DNA of 32,000 bases. It comes from Nitratidesulfovibrio vulgaris str. Hildenborough (GTDB lineage Bacteria > Desulfobacterota > Desulfovibrionia > Desulfovibrionales > Desulfovibrionaceae). Position 1 is the stretch's first letter. Each line of letters begins with the position of its first letter. Below the pieces are notes generated by a model, which saw only the letters and a list, made by a program, of their open reading frames with translations, searched no databases and had not been told where the DNA came from. Shown piece by piece: positions 16,701 through 24,687 of the stretch. The stretch is from contig NC_002937.3 of NCBI RefSeq assembly GCF_000195755.1, forward strand, positions 2,520,001-2,552,000, in the 5' to 3' direction. The position numbers and the translations under genes are program-made.

Positions 16701-18028
16701 ACAGCCTCACGGGGCTGCCCAACCGTACGCTGCTTCTCGAACGCATCGAACAGGCGCGGCTACGCTCGTTGCGCGGCAAGGGGCGCTCGTTCGCCGTCAT
16801 GATGATCGACCTCGACAGGTTCAAGATCATCAACGACAGCCACGGGCACGCCGTGGGCGACAGGCTGCTCCAGATGGTCTCTGCGGCGGTGCGCCCCGTG
16901 CTGCGCCCTGCGGACACGGTGGCCCGCCTCGGTGGTGACGAATTCGCCATCCTGCTGGAGGATGTCGCCACCCCGCGCGAAGTGGTGCATGTCGCCCGCC
17001 GGGTCATCAAGGCCGTCGAACGACCTGCGCGCGTCGCCAACAAGCTGCTGCGAACCTCGGCCAGCGTCGGCATCGTGCTGCGCACCGATGGCTACGGTTC
17101 CGCCGACGAACTGCTCCGCGACGCGGACATCGCCATGTATCAGGCCAAGGAACAGGGGCGCGGACGGTTCAGGGTGTTCAACCGCACCATGCACCAGCAG
17201 GCCATGGACGCCATGAACCTCGAGAACGACCTCGGGGCGGCACTCCGCTGGGGACAGTTCGAACTGGACTACCAGCCGGTGTTCGACACGCGCTCGCGCG
17301 CGCTGCTCGGATTTGAAGCCCTTGTGCGCTGGCGTCACCCCCTCAGGGGACTCATTCCGCCCACGGCGTTCATCCCCGTGGCTGAAGAGACGGGCATCAT
17401 CACACGCCTCGGCCACTGGGTGCTCGAAACCGCGCTGACGGCACTGGCGCGCTGGCGCCTGCAGATTCCCGGCATCGACGACCTCTACGTGGCCGTGAAC
17501 ATGTCCGCCCTGCAGTTCGCGCAACCCACGCTGCCGGGAAGCGTGCGCGACGCATTGCAAAAGACGGGGCTACCCGCCTCGTGCCTCAAGGTGGAAATAA
17601 CCGAAACGGCCATCATGCAAGACCCCACAACGGCCCTGCAACGCATCTCGGCCCTGCGCGACCTCGGGGTAGGCATCGGCATCGACGACTTCGGCACCGG
17701 CTATTCATCGCTGGCCTATCTGCAGCGGTTCCCGGTCGACACCCTCAAGGTCGACAGGTCGTTCGTCTCGCAGTCCACCACACCCGAAGGCGAAGGCAAC
17801 CGTGAAATCGTTCGGGCCGTCGTCGTGCTTGCCCACAGCCTCTCACTGGCGGTCGTGGCGGAGGGGGTGGAGACCGAAGAACAGTTCGCCTTCCTCGCCG
17901 GACTGGGATGTGATGCCGTGCAGGGCTACCTGCTGTCACGCCCGGTACCCGAGGCCGACATTCCGGCCCACATCTCCACCACATGGGCACTGCCCGCGCA
18001 GGGCGACGCCATCCCTGAATCGCCGTAG
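13787..18028 (+). CDS. Membrane sensor: periplasmic SBP_bac_3-like domain, TM, multiple PAS, GAF, GGDEF and EAL domains
   Basis: 1413 aa. N-terminal signal/TM, then LRLALRPDMPPYQFFDMEGRPQGL (family 3 solute-binding) and TM LVLLGVLTFLLLVVVLG. PAS-like blocks follow, then GAF. GGDEF is intact (ARLGGDEFAILL, nt 16931-16945) with RPAD 5 residues upstream (16904-16915). The EAL is intact (GFEALVRW, nt 17315-17323), with downstream DDFGTGYSSL. Confidence 0.92.
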   Translation: MSRYIRALLCCVVIALIVAGASPIRASDVGSLPLRLALRPDMPPYQFFDMEGRPQGLVVTVWESWTRATGTPVIFVPVTENEIPDAFARSRIDAVAALPAQLLPRFGLAEAAEVGHLSVGIFSHTGNSSPDPADQGQGSVTSPAIPAGMGLATILQDTLPGVNPVVFPDTTSLLAAAHAGNVRQIALYMAHGDYLRKHGRLEGFDAGIAVASSRLVAALPAADIARKQRIRLGFSRLADTDHRDLEAMWHGAQTAFPFMRPLVLLGVLTFLLLVVVLGRNLALRRRMEKERAERRRTENMLDGFLERLPDNHFTLDVDGTGAVVMASNGTEDVLGVSPDEAPSRLRHLLPPTKDGAWSQASFSIEAAHADGSLRTLDCLATTPDERGHRRVLVFDTTRRNLERQRVEAIHHRYMSILDNAPVGIFRIMPDGSMVGANREMARLWGFSSPEELLASEEARRLILCDDPKACPLSFARIAASGGLVNEEVLCRTRDGRSFTGLVSARAVPQDDDVQSYVDGFLLDISQLKEARDKLRQTSRNLADIIDFYPDATLVVDAAGRLVAWNRAMEELTGIAAADMIGKGDYEYALPFYGERIPILCDLLRDPAIIPAARYSLLEQTEHRIVVELPLPFFRKGRGLFVWTAASALTDEHGKVTAVIQVIRDVTERRIELEALAKSRERYQMAIEATNEGIWEWDVTTGELYHSPRCVEILGRGGASAPDTLLRDLSLQVHPDDRLRMVTLTQSLMTEPVERFSLECRMRHPVQGWRWVLCHGVVQRNGSGGPRRITGSIADITERKQSEIISAILLQISNAVNVTHDIEGLFSTIHDILRSYVAAENFFIALVDEKQDRLEFPYHTDEKDPSLPRLESISSLASPPPTLEVIRTGRQLLLSYEDLLGRAYIGTIASVWLGTPLRVRGKVIGAMVLQHYSDPDAFSDSDARLMTSLADQIAVAIERKQNEEQLTYLALHDSLTGLPNRTLLLERIEQARLRSLRGKGRSFAVMMIDLDRFKIINDSHGHAVGDRLLQMVSAAVRPVLRPADTVARLGGDEFAILLEDVATPREVVHVARRVIKAVERPARVANKLLRTSASVGIVLRTDGYGSADELLRDADIAMYQAKEQGRGRFRVFNRTMHQQAMDAMNLENDLGAALRWGQFELDYQPVFDTRSRALLGFEALVRWRHPLRGLIPPTAFIPVAEETGIITRLGHWVLETALTALARWRLQIPGIDDLYVAVNMSALQFAQPTLPGSVRDALQKTGLPASCLKVEITETAIMQDPTTALQRISALRDLGVGIGIDDFGTGYSSLAYLQRFPVDTLKVDRSFVSQSTTPEGEGNREIVRAVVVLAHSLSLAVVAEGVETEEQFAFLAGLGCDAVQGYLLSRPVPEADIPAHISTTWALPAQGDAIPESP

Positions 18029-18279
18029 CACTGCCGGGCGTACATCTCAGTGCCCCAATGCTCCGATTTCGCTCCCCGCGGGAAGGAGCGAGGTTCGCGC
18101 AGGGGCTGTCCCCCGCATCCCTGCCTTGCAGCACGCCCCCTGCGGCCCACAGCACGCGCCGCCGGACTCCCTCGCCAACGTCCCCTGCGGCCGACCATAC
18201 GTGCTGTGCCGGCCCTGATGGCGGTCGTGACACGGATGTCCCCTCGCGTGCCCGCCCTACACCAAAGCCTCAACGACCG

Positions 18280-18310
18280 AAAAGCCCCCCGGAGAGACTC
18301 CGGGGGGCTT
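18280..18310 (-). terminator. Strong hairpin terminator (potentially bidirectional) between convergent genes
   Basis: AAAAGCCCCCCGG-agagact-CCGGGGGGCTT. On the minus strand the stem is followed by TTTT, 57 nt after the stop at 18367. A second 8-bp hairpin, CCCGTGCC-n9-GGCACGGG, lies at 18323-18347. Confidence 0.7.
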
Positions 18311-18366
18311 CACGCTATCGGAACCCGTGCCGACGGTGCGGGCACGGGAACGGCAACGACGTATGG

Positions 18367-18876
18367 CTAGCAGACGCAACGCAGAACGCGGATACCGTCC
18401 TGAAAGAGCACTTCCATCTTGTCGGGCCTGAGAATGGCACGCACCTCACCCAGTCCGAAGGTCGGGTGGGTGATGATCTGCCCCTCTTCGAAGACGCCGT
18501 CCATGCGGTACGGCACGCCTCCGTCCTGAACCTGCCGCGCCATGGCGACCTTCCACGCGATCTCGGTGGCTTGTGCCTCCTGCGCGGCACGGGTGGCCGC
18601 GCGGGTTACGGCAGCCTTGCGCGCAGCCTCGGAACGCGACACCGCCACGGCCTCGCTACGCGAAGCGCCGGAACGCACATGACGCACAGCCGGGGCCTCC
18701 GACCGCGCGCGTACGGGCTTCGCCGGGCGGAACTTGTGAACGCTGCCACAGGCGCGGCATTCGACCTTGACCACCTCTCCCCCCACCATGGCCACGATGA
18801 CATGCCCTGTCACGTCGCCGCACCGGGAACAGCGCGATTCTATCCTGTCCCCTGCGGTCAGACCTGAAGTACTCAT
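18367..18876 (-). CDS. Zinc-ribbon protein with C-terminal Tudor/SH3-like segment (hypothetical)
   Basis: ATG at 18874-18876 with AAAGGA 7 nt upstream. The CxxC...CxxC ribbon is CSRCGDVTGHVIVAMVGGEVVKVECRACG. An Ala/Arg-rich linker follows, and the C-terminal FEEGQIITHPTFGLGEVRAI...MEVLFQDG resembles HPxFGxGxV modules. Confidence 0.7.
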   Translation of the reverse strand: MSTSGLTAGDRIESRCSRCGDVTGHVIVAMVGGEVVKVECRACGSVHKFRPAKPVRARSEAPAVRHVRSGASRSEAVAVSRSEAARKAAVTRAATRAAQEAQATEIAWKVAMARQVQDGGVPYRMDGVFEEGQIITHPTFGLGEVRAILRPDKMEVLFQDGIRVLRCVC

Positions 18877-18924
18877 CAACACATCCTTTTCGCTAGTCTC
18901 TGTTCACGAAGGCCGTAACGACGA

Positions 18925-18961
18925 CAAAAAACCACAGGCGAACCCTGTGGCTTCGTTTCTT
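18925..18961 (-). terminator. Orphan intrinsic terminator-like hairpin in the divergent promoter region, about 50 nt upstream of the zinc-ribbon gene start
   Basis: On the minus strand, GAAGCCACAGG-gttcg-CCTGTGGTTTTTTG has a 7-bp perfect stem and a T6 tract. On the plus strand the same stem is preceded by A6 and followed by CTTCGTTTCTT. Confidence 0.55.
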
Positions 18962-19140
18962 GCGGCAAAGAGGCCGTTTCTACTGCTTCCGACGCCGCAA
19001 GGCAAGCCCGAAAGGAGGAGTGCGGCATCAGGAGGCGGGGATGGTGGCCGGTCATGCGGCTTGGCAGAAGGGCTGCGGAGGCCTCTGGCCGCAGACTTCA
19101 GCGAGTGCATACCGGCCCGTTTCATGATACGCGACCGTTC

Positions 19141-20088
19141 ATGGATATACGCACCCTGTACCTGCACGGCGATGGCGACACCACCCGGACAACGGATTCT
19201 CCCGTTGAGGGAGGTATCGTCTGGTACGATATGGATATCGACATGGATGACGACCCCACTCCCGCACTGACGGGACTGGGGCTGCCCCCGCACATCCTTG
19301 AAAGCTGCCTCGCAACCCGGCGCTTCCCGGAAACCGAGGCCTTCGCCGGAGGCGTACTGCTGCATATGCCCGTGCGCCAGCAATGGAACGCCCCCCGTGC
19401 CACCTATCTCACCCTGCTGATGCTTGCGGGCAAGGTGGTCTCGCTGCACCGTGCCCCCCTTCCCGTCACGGTGAAGACGGCGCAACGCCTGACCATGGGC
19501 GATGCCCCCCACCTCGGGCTGGCGCGCGACCTGTTCCTGTACCTGCTTGAAGCCGTCATCGAAACCAACATCCAGAATTTCGTCGAGGCGCGCAGCCACA
19601 TCGAAGAACTCTCCCGCACACTGGACGAGACGCCCGATGCCGTGGGGGTCGACGACATCCTTCCCTTCAAGCGCAATGTCGCCCGCCTCACCGTGCAGCA
19701 CGAAGAGCAATTCTATTGCCTGACGGCCCTGCAGGGCATCTTCGCGGGCGGTGCCCCCAACGCCCAGCGAGACCCGCGCCTGCGCGACATGCTTGACACG
19801 CAGGCCCACCTCGCCCGCAGTGCCGACCGCATGGAATACCGGCTGCGCGACATGCAGCAACACTGCCACTATGTCATGCAGGAACGCACGGAACAACGCC
19901 TGCGCATCCTCACCATCCTCTCGTCCATCTACATGCCGCTGACGCTCATCGCTGGCATCTACGGCATGAACTTCAAGGCCATGCCCGAACTCGACTGGGA
20001 ATATGGCTACTTCGCGGTTCTGGGGCTCATGGCCGCCACAGCCGCCGGACTGCTATGGTTCTTCAGACGGCGCGGGTGGCTGGGGTGA
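19141..20088 (+). CDS. corA: CorA family magnesium/cobalt transporter
   Basis: The C-terminal YMPLTLIAGIYGMNFKAMPEL carries the GMN motif, with two TM helices. The start is taken as ATG 19141 (MDIRTLYLHG); ORF start 19054 is possible, and neither has a strong SD. Confidence 0.85.
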   Translation: MDIRTLYLHGDGDTTRTTDSPVEGGIVWYDMDIDMDDDPTPALTGLGLPPHILESCLATRRFPETEAFAGGVLLHMPVRQQWNAPRATYLTLLMLAGKVVSLHRAPLPVTVKTAQRLTMGDAPHLGLARDLFLYLLEAVIETNIQNFVEARSHIEELSRTLDETPDAVGVDDILPFKRNVARLTVQHEEQFYCLTALQGIFAGGAPNAQRDPRLRDMLDTQAHLARSADRMEYRLRDMQQHCHYVMQERTEQRLRILTILSSIYMPLTLIAGIYGMNFKAMPELDWEYGYFAVLGLMAATAAGLLWFFRRRGWLG

Positions 20089-20352
20089 CGACCTCGCACC
20101 CGGCGCGAAGACCTTGCCTGCGGCGCGGTCTCACGCGGCCAGCCGACAGCGAAGCGCGCCCGTGAGCACCCGTAATCTTGAGGCGAACTGGTACGTAACA
20201 TGGAGGCAAAGCTACGCCACCATGGATGACCCATCTGCACCGAACATGCGGGCCGGAAGGCGCGGCAGGCTGTTGCGTCATCGACGCGGCCCCCCCTTTG
20301 CCGCGCCGCCGCCATGTCTGTACATCCACCGCCACAACGCTTAAGCTGCGCC

Positions 20353-20382
20353 GGGCCGGACGACCTCCGGCCCCTATCTTTT
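20353..20382 (+). terminator. Hairpin plus T-tract immediately upstream of the HD gene SD (terminator or leader structure)
   Basis: GGGCCGGA-cgacc-TCCGGCCC is followed by CTATCTTTT. It lies 265 nt after the corA stop and 1 nt before AGGAGG. Confidence 0.35.
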
Positions 20383-20393
20383 CAGGAGGCACC

Positions 20394-21026
20394 ATGACAG
20401 CCTGCGACCCGCAACAGAACCTTCAGGGACGCGACCGCATGAAGCGGCTTGCCGACTTCCTCTTCGAGGCGGGGATGCTCCGCCGCACCCCGCGCACCGG
20501 CTACCAGTTCCTCGGAACGGGACAGGAGAATGTGGCCGAGCATTCGTTCCGTACTGCCGTCATCGGCTTCGTGCTGGCACGGATGGCCGACGCGGACACC
20601 GCCCACACCGCCCTGCTTTGCCTGTTCCACGACTTCCACGAGGCACGCATCGGCGATTTCAACTATGTGAACCGCATCTACAACACCAGCGCCCCACGCA
20701 CGGCACTCGAACATGCCACCGAGGGCACGGGCCTCGCCGACGACCTGCTGCCCCTGTGGGATGAACTCGAGTCCGCAGCCACCATCGAGGCGCGCCTCGC
20801 ACAGGATGCAGACCAGATAGACCTCATCCTCAACCTCAAGCAGGAACTCGACCTCGGCAACCGCTATGCCGCCAAATGGCTCGAATGCGCCCTGCAGCGG
20901 CTACGCACCGCCGAAGGCCGCGAACTGGCGAACACCATCGCCACCACCGACCACACGGACTGGTGGTTCATCGGCCCCGACAGGTCATGGTGGGAACGCA
21001 AGAACGGCAAGGGCAAGCACAAGTAG
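20394..21026 (+). CDS. HD domain phosphohydrolase (YfbR-like)
   Basis: ATG at 20394 with AGGAGG at 20384-20389. RTPRTGYQFLG...ENVAEHSFRTAVIGFVLA...LFHDFHEARIGD...AQDADQIDL is the HD superfamily metal-binding pattern. Confidence 0.85.
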   Translation: MTACDPQQNLQGRDRMKRLADFLFEAGMLRRTPRTGYQFLGTGQENVAEHSFRTAVIGFVLARMADADTAHTALLCLFHDFHEARIGDFNYVNRIYNTSAPRTALEHATEGTGLADDLLPLWDELESAATIEARLAQDADQIDLILNLKQELDLGNRYAAKWLECALQRLRTAEGRELANTIATTDHTDWWFIGPDRSWWERKNGKGKHK

Positions 21027-21103
21027 CGTTGCGTCGCCTCACTCCGGCAATGCACCATGTGCCGGATGCGGCGATGCTTCGTCCCCGGACGCCCGCCTCC
21101 TGA

Positions 21104-22324
21104 CTATTCGGGGTGCCGCAATACGTCGAGGACGTCGACCCGTGACGCCTGCCATGCGGGATAGGCCCCGGCCGCGACACCCAGCACCACCGAGGCGATG
21201 CAGGCCCCGGCGGCCAGCAGCGGGTCGTAGGTATAGGGGAAGTCGCCCACGGCATAGACCACGGTCACCAGTGCAAGGGCCACGACGACACCAAGCGTGC
21301 CGCCCACCCCTGCCATGAGTCCCGCCTCTGCGAGGAATTGCCGCACGATGACGTTGCGGCTGGCCCCCACGGCACGGCGCACACCTATCTCCAGCCTGCG
21401 TGCGCGCACCAGCAGGGTCATGATGGACAGGATGCCGAGGCTGCCCACCGCGAACGAGATGGATGAACTGAGCACCCCGAGCGTCTGCACGAGGTCGAGG
21501 GCCTCCTTGCGCAGCTTGTTGGCGTCGCGTGCGGAAAGGACGGAGAAGTCGTCCTTCTGCCCTGCGGCGATGAGATGCCGCGAACGCAGGATGGCTGTCA
21601 CCGCCGCCCTTGCGGCCTCCTCGTCGGCCCCGTCATGCAGGTTCATGTAGACGCCGCTTATCCAGTCCTGATTGGCCATGCGCCGCATGTACGTGGAAAG
21701 AGGGACATAGACCTGTTCGTCAAGGTTCGTGCCCGACACGTCCTGCCCCTTCTCCTCCATGACGCCCACGACCTGCACCGGGGCGCGGAAGAAGAACACG
21801 GTGCGCCCCACGGCATTGTCGGGTCTTTCGAACAGGCGTGTGGCGATGGCCGTGCCCAGCACGCACACCAGCGCCCGGCCTGCTTCGTCCTCGTCGGAGA
21901 TGAATCGCCCGTATGCGGGGCTGTAGGCCCTGACGCGAGCGAATCCGGGCAGGGTCGCCACCAGTTGCGACGTGGTCTTGATGCTGCCGTAGCGCACCGG
22001 CATGGGGGCGTTGCAGTAGGGTACGCCGTCGCGCACCTGCGCCACGCCCCCGAGGATGGCCTCGGCGTCCTGAAGGGTGAAGGTACGGTTCACGCCGCTA
22101 ACACCCGAAGGGCCGTCACGCCGGAAACGCACCTGCCCAGAAAGGGCCTGAAGCAGATTGGGCCCCAGCTTCTGCGTCTCGAGGTCAGCCTTCAGCACCA
22201 TGGCCCCGGCCACGTGCATCACGGCGGTGAGGGCCAGCGCCCCCAGAAAGACGCCCAGCATGGCCAGCAACGCGCGGGTACGGTGCGCCGCCAGCGACTT
22301 GAGGATGATGCCCAGACCGCGCAT
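21104..22324 (-). CDS. ABC transporter permease, MacB/FtsX family
   Basis: N-terminal LKSLAAHRTRALLAMLGVFLGALAL TM, a large periplasmic domain, then a C-terminal FtsX-type 3-TM bundle (RRLEIGVRRAVGASRNVIVRQFLAEA). Confidence 0.9.
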   Translation of the reverse strand: MRGLGIILKSLAAHRTRALLAMLGVFLGALALTAVMHVAGAMVLKADLETQKLGPNLLQALSGQVRFRRDGPSGVSGVNRTFTLQDAEAILGGVAQVRDGVPYCNAPMPVRYGSIKTTSQLVATLPGFARVRAYSPAYGRFISDEDEAGRALVCVLGTAIATRLFERPDNAVGRTVFFFRAPVQVVGVMEEKGQDVSGTNLDEQVYVPLSTYMRRMANQDWISGVYMNLHDGADEEAARAAVTAILRSRHLIAAGQKDDFSVLSARDANKLRKEALDLVQTLGVLSSSISFAVGSLGILSIMTLLVRARRLEIGVRRAVGASRNVIVRQFLAEAGLMAGVGGTLGVVVALALVTVVYAVGDFPYTYDPLLAAGACIASVVLGVAAGAYPAWQASRVDVLDVLRHPE

Positions 22325-23791
22325 CTACTCCCCTCCCCGCAAGGCGGCGATAGGGTCGAGGGCCGCGGCGGCGCGGGCCGGACGCAGGCCGAAGACCACT
22401 CCCACGACCGATGAGGCGACCACGGCGATGCCGAAGACCTTGGCGGAAAGCACCATCTCGATGAATCCCAGCCGTTCCAGTGCCTGCCCCATGGCCATGC
22501 CCAGCAGCAGGCCCACGATGGCCCCTAGCAGCGTCAGGGCCACGGCCTCGCACAGGAACTGCACCAGTACGGCGCGGGAGGGTGCCCCCAACGCCTTCTT
22601 GAGACCGATCTCGACCCGGCGTTCCGTGACGGAGAGATAGAATAGATTGGCCAGCACGAAGCCACCCACCGCCATGGCCGCTGCCGCCGTGATGCCCAGA
22701 AAGAGCACCAGCCCGCCCTTGATCATGGACAGGAAGCGACGCACCTCGCTAGCAGTGAGCACGGTGAAGTCATCCGGGTCTTCCCCCTTGAGTCCATGCA
22801 GGTCGCGCAACAGCGACGTGAGGTCGGCCACGTGGCGGTCGATGTTCTCCGCATCGGTGAACTTCACGCGCAGGGCCCGGAAATAGCGACGGTCGAGGTT
22901 GAAACGCTGCGTGAGGGTGGTGATGGGCACGATGAGGCGGTCGTCGACGCTACCGCCGCCGCCCGACATGCCCCTGTAGGCGAGACGGCCCACCACCGTC
23001 ATGGGCACACCCGCCATGAGGAACGAACGCCCGACGGGGCTCACATCCCCGAAAAGTTCGCGGGCGGGCTTGTCTCCCAGAAGGCAGACACGCGCCCCGC
23101 GCCGGACGTCCTCGGCGGTGAAGTCGCGCCCTTCGACGAGAGGCCAGTTCCATGCCTCGGCGTAATTCTCTGTGGCACCCACCACGATGGGCACATCGTA
23201 ATTGGCGTCTCCATTCTTGAGGCGCACAGCGCTCTTGGCACGCATGGGCACCACAAGATACGCCCCTGGCAACGACGAACGCAAGGCGAGGGCGTCATCC
23301 CACGACAGGGTGAGGTTCCTGTCCCCCACCGCCCGGTGGATGGTCGAACCGCCGAACACCAGCACGGCATCGGGGCCGAACATGTCGGTTATCTCTTCGG
23401 CCTTCTTGCTTGCGCCATCGACTGCCGCCACGATGACCGTGAGCGAGGCGATGCCCAGCGACACCGCCGCCACCACGAACAGGCTACGCAGCCTGTAGGC
23501 CCCGAGGGCGAAGAAGGCCATGCGAAGGGCCCGCCACAGCAGGCGCGGCGACAGTCCCGTGAGGGCAGCCACCTGGCCCGCCATGCGTCCAAGCGTACGT
23601 CCGGGCATACGCCCCTGCATGTGGCCCTGCGTATGCCCCTCCATGAGCTTGGCCCCGCCTGAGGCCATGCCTGCGGAAACGCCCCCGGCCATGGGCTCCA
23701 CCACGCCGCCCGCCGTGCCGTCTTCCGGGCACCCTGTCGCGCAACGCGACACGGTGTCCTCCGGGCAGGTGGCCGAGGGGTCTCGCGTCAT
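22325..23791 (-). CDS. ABC transporter permease, MacB/FtsX family, with an unusual ~90-aa N-terminal extension
   Basis: The core starts at LLWRALRMAFFALGAYRLRSLFVVAAVSLGIASL, and the C-terminal RRVEIGLKKALGAPSRAVLVQFLCEA is an FtsX motif. The ATG at 23789-23791 overlaps the ATPase stop (ATGA), which supports the long form. Internal starts such as MAGQVAAL are possible. Confidence 0.85.
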   Translation of the reverse strand: MTRDPSATCPEDTVSRCATGCPEDGTAGGVVEPMAGGVSAGMASGGAKLMEGHTQGHMQGRMPGRTLGRMAGQVAALTGLSPRLLWRALRMAFFALGAYRLRSLFVVAAVSLGIASLTVIVAAVDGASKKAEEITDMFGPDAVLVFGGSTIHRAVGDRNLTLSWDDALALRSSLPGAYLVVPMRAKSAVRLKNGDANYDVPIVVGATENYAEAWNWPLVEGRDFTAEDVRRGARVCLLGDKPARELFGDVSPVGRSFLMAGVPMTVVGRLAYRGMSGGGGSVDDRLIVPITTLTQRFNLDRRYFRALRVKFTDAENIDRHVADLTSLLRDLHGLKGEDPDDFTVLTASEVRRFLSMIKGGLVLFLGITAAAAMAVGGFVLANLFYLSVTERRVEIGLKKALGAPSRAVLVQFLCEAVALTLLGAIVGLLLGMAMGQALERLGFIEMVLSAKVFGIAVVASSVVGVVFGLRPARAAAALDPIAALRGGE

Positions 23792-24687
23792 GCGCTCTCT
23801 CCGGCAGCGGAACCCCGCACGGAAGCCTCGGCACCGCAGGAATCGGAAGCCGCTTCTCCTGCCCCGCCTGCGCCCCCCTTCAGAGGGGTGCCCATATCCT
23901 GTGCAGTGGGCGTGATGGGGGCGTCACTCTCGATGACACCATCACGGATGAAGATGCGCCGCCGCGCGCAGGCTGCCGTGGCGGCGTCGTGCGTGACCAC
24001 CACCACGGTCTTGCCCGCCTTGTTGATACGCCCGAGCAACGCCAGTATCTCCGCACTGGTGGCGGAATCGAGCTGTCCTGTCGGTTCGTCGGCAAGCACC
24101 AGTGCGGGGTCGTTGAGCAGCGCCCGCGCCAGTGCGACGCGCTGCTGCTGCCCGCCTGAAAGGCGCGCCGGGGTGAAGTCCATCCGGTCGCCAAGGCCCA
24201 CGATGTCGAGCAGTTCAGCCGCCCGCTGGCGCAGCTGACGCAACGGCGTGTCCGCGTACATGCCCGGCAGCAGGACGTTCTCCAGCGCCGTCGCATAGGG
24301 GATGAGGTAGAAATTCTGAAAGACGAAGCCTGTCAGGCTGTTGCGCCGATGGCTCAGGGCGTCGTCATCAAGGGTGGAGGTGTCCTCGCCCGCCAGCCGG
24401 TAGACGCCCGAGGAGGGCCTGTCCAGCAAGCCGAGGATATGCAGCAGCGTAGACTTGCCGGACCCGGACGTTCCCTGAATGGCCACGAACTCGCCCGGGC
24501 GGATGGAGAACGTGACCCCGCGCAGTACGTCCACCGCAAGGTCGCCCTGCGTGAACGTGCGCCATACGTCACGCACCTCGATGAGCGCCTCCGCATGGCC
24601 TCCCCCATGCCCGTCCGGGGACACGCCCGCGGACACTTCTGCGGACGCTTCTGCGGGCGACGGCGTCGTAGCGCCGGACACGGTCAC
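23788..24687 (-). CDS. ABC transporter ATP-binding protein (MacB/LolD-type)
   Basis: Walker A GTSGSGKST, signature LSGGQQQRVALARAL, Walker B LVLADEPTG. The GTG start overlaps the adaptor stop (GTGA at 24684-24687). Low-complexity N- and C-terminal extensions are present. Confidence 0.9.
   Translation of the reverse strand: MTVSGATTPSPAEASAEVSAGVSPDGHGGGHAEALIEVRDVWRTFTQGDLAVDVLRGVTFSIRPGEFVAIQGTSGSGKSTLLHILGLLDRPSSGVYRLAGEDTSTLDDDALSHRRNSLTGFVFQNFYLIPYATALENVLLPGMYADTPLRQLRQRAAELLDIVGLGDRMDFTPARLSGGQQQRVALARALLNDPALVLADEPTGQLDSATSAEILALLGRINKAGKTVVVVTHDAATAACARRRIFIRDGVIESDAPITPTAQDMGTPLKGGAGGAGEAASDSCGAEASVRGSAAGESA

Noticed and set aside
19054-19140. Upstream alternative start for corA (adds MRLGRRAAEASGRRLQRVHTGPFHDTRPF).
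   Set aside because: The extension is Arg-rich and non-conserved-looking. CorA cytoplasmic domains typically begin near the MDIRTLYLHG-type strand. It is kept only as an alternative because neither start has a good SD.
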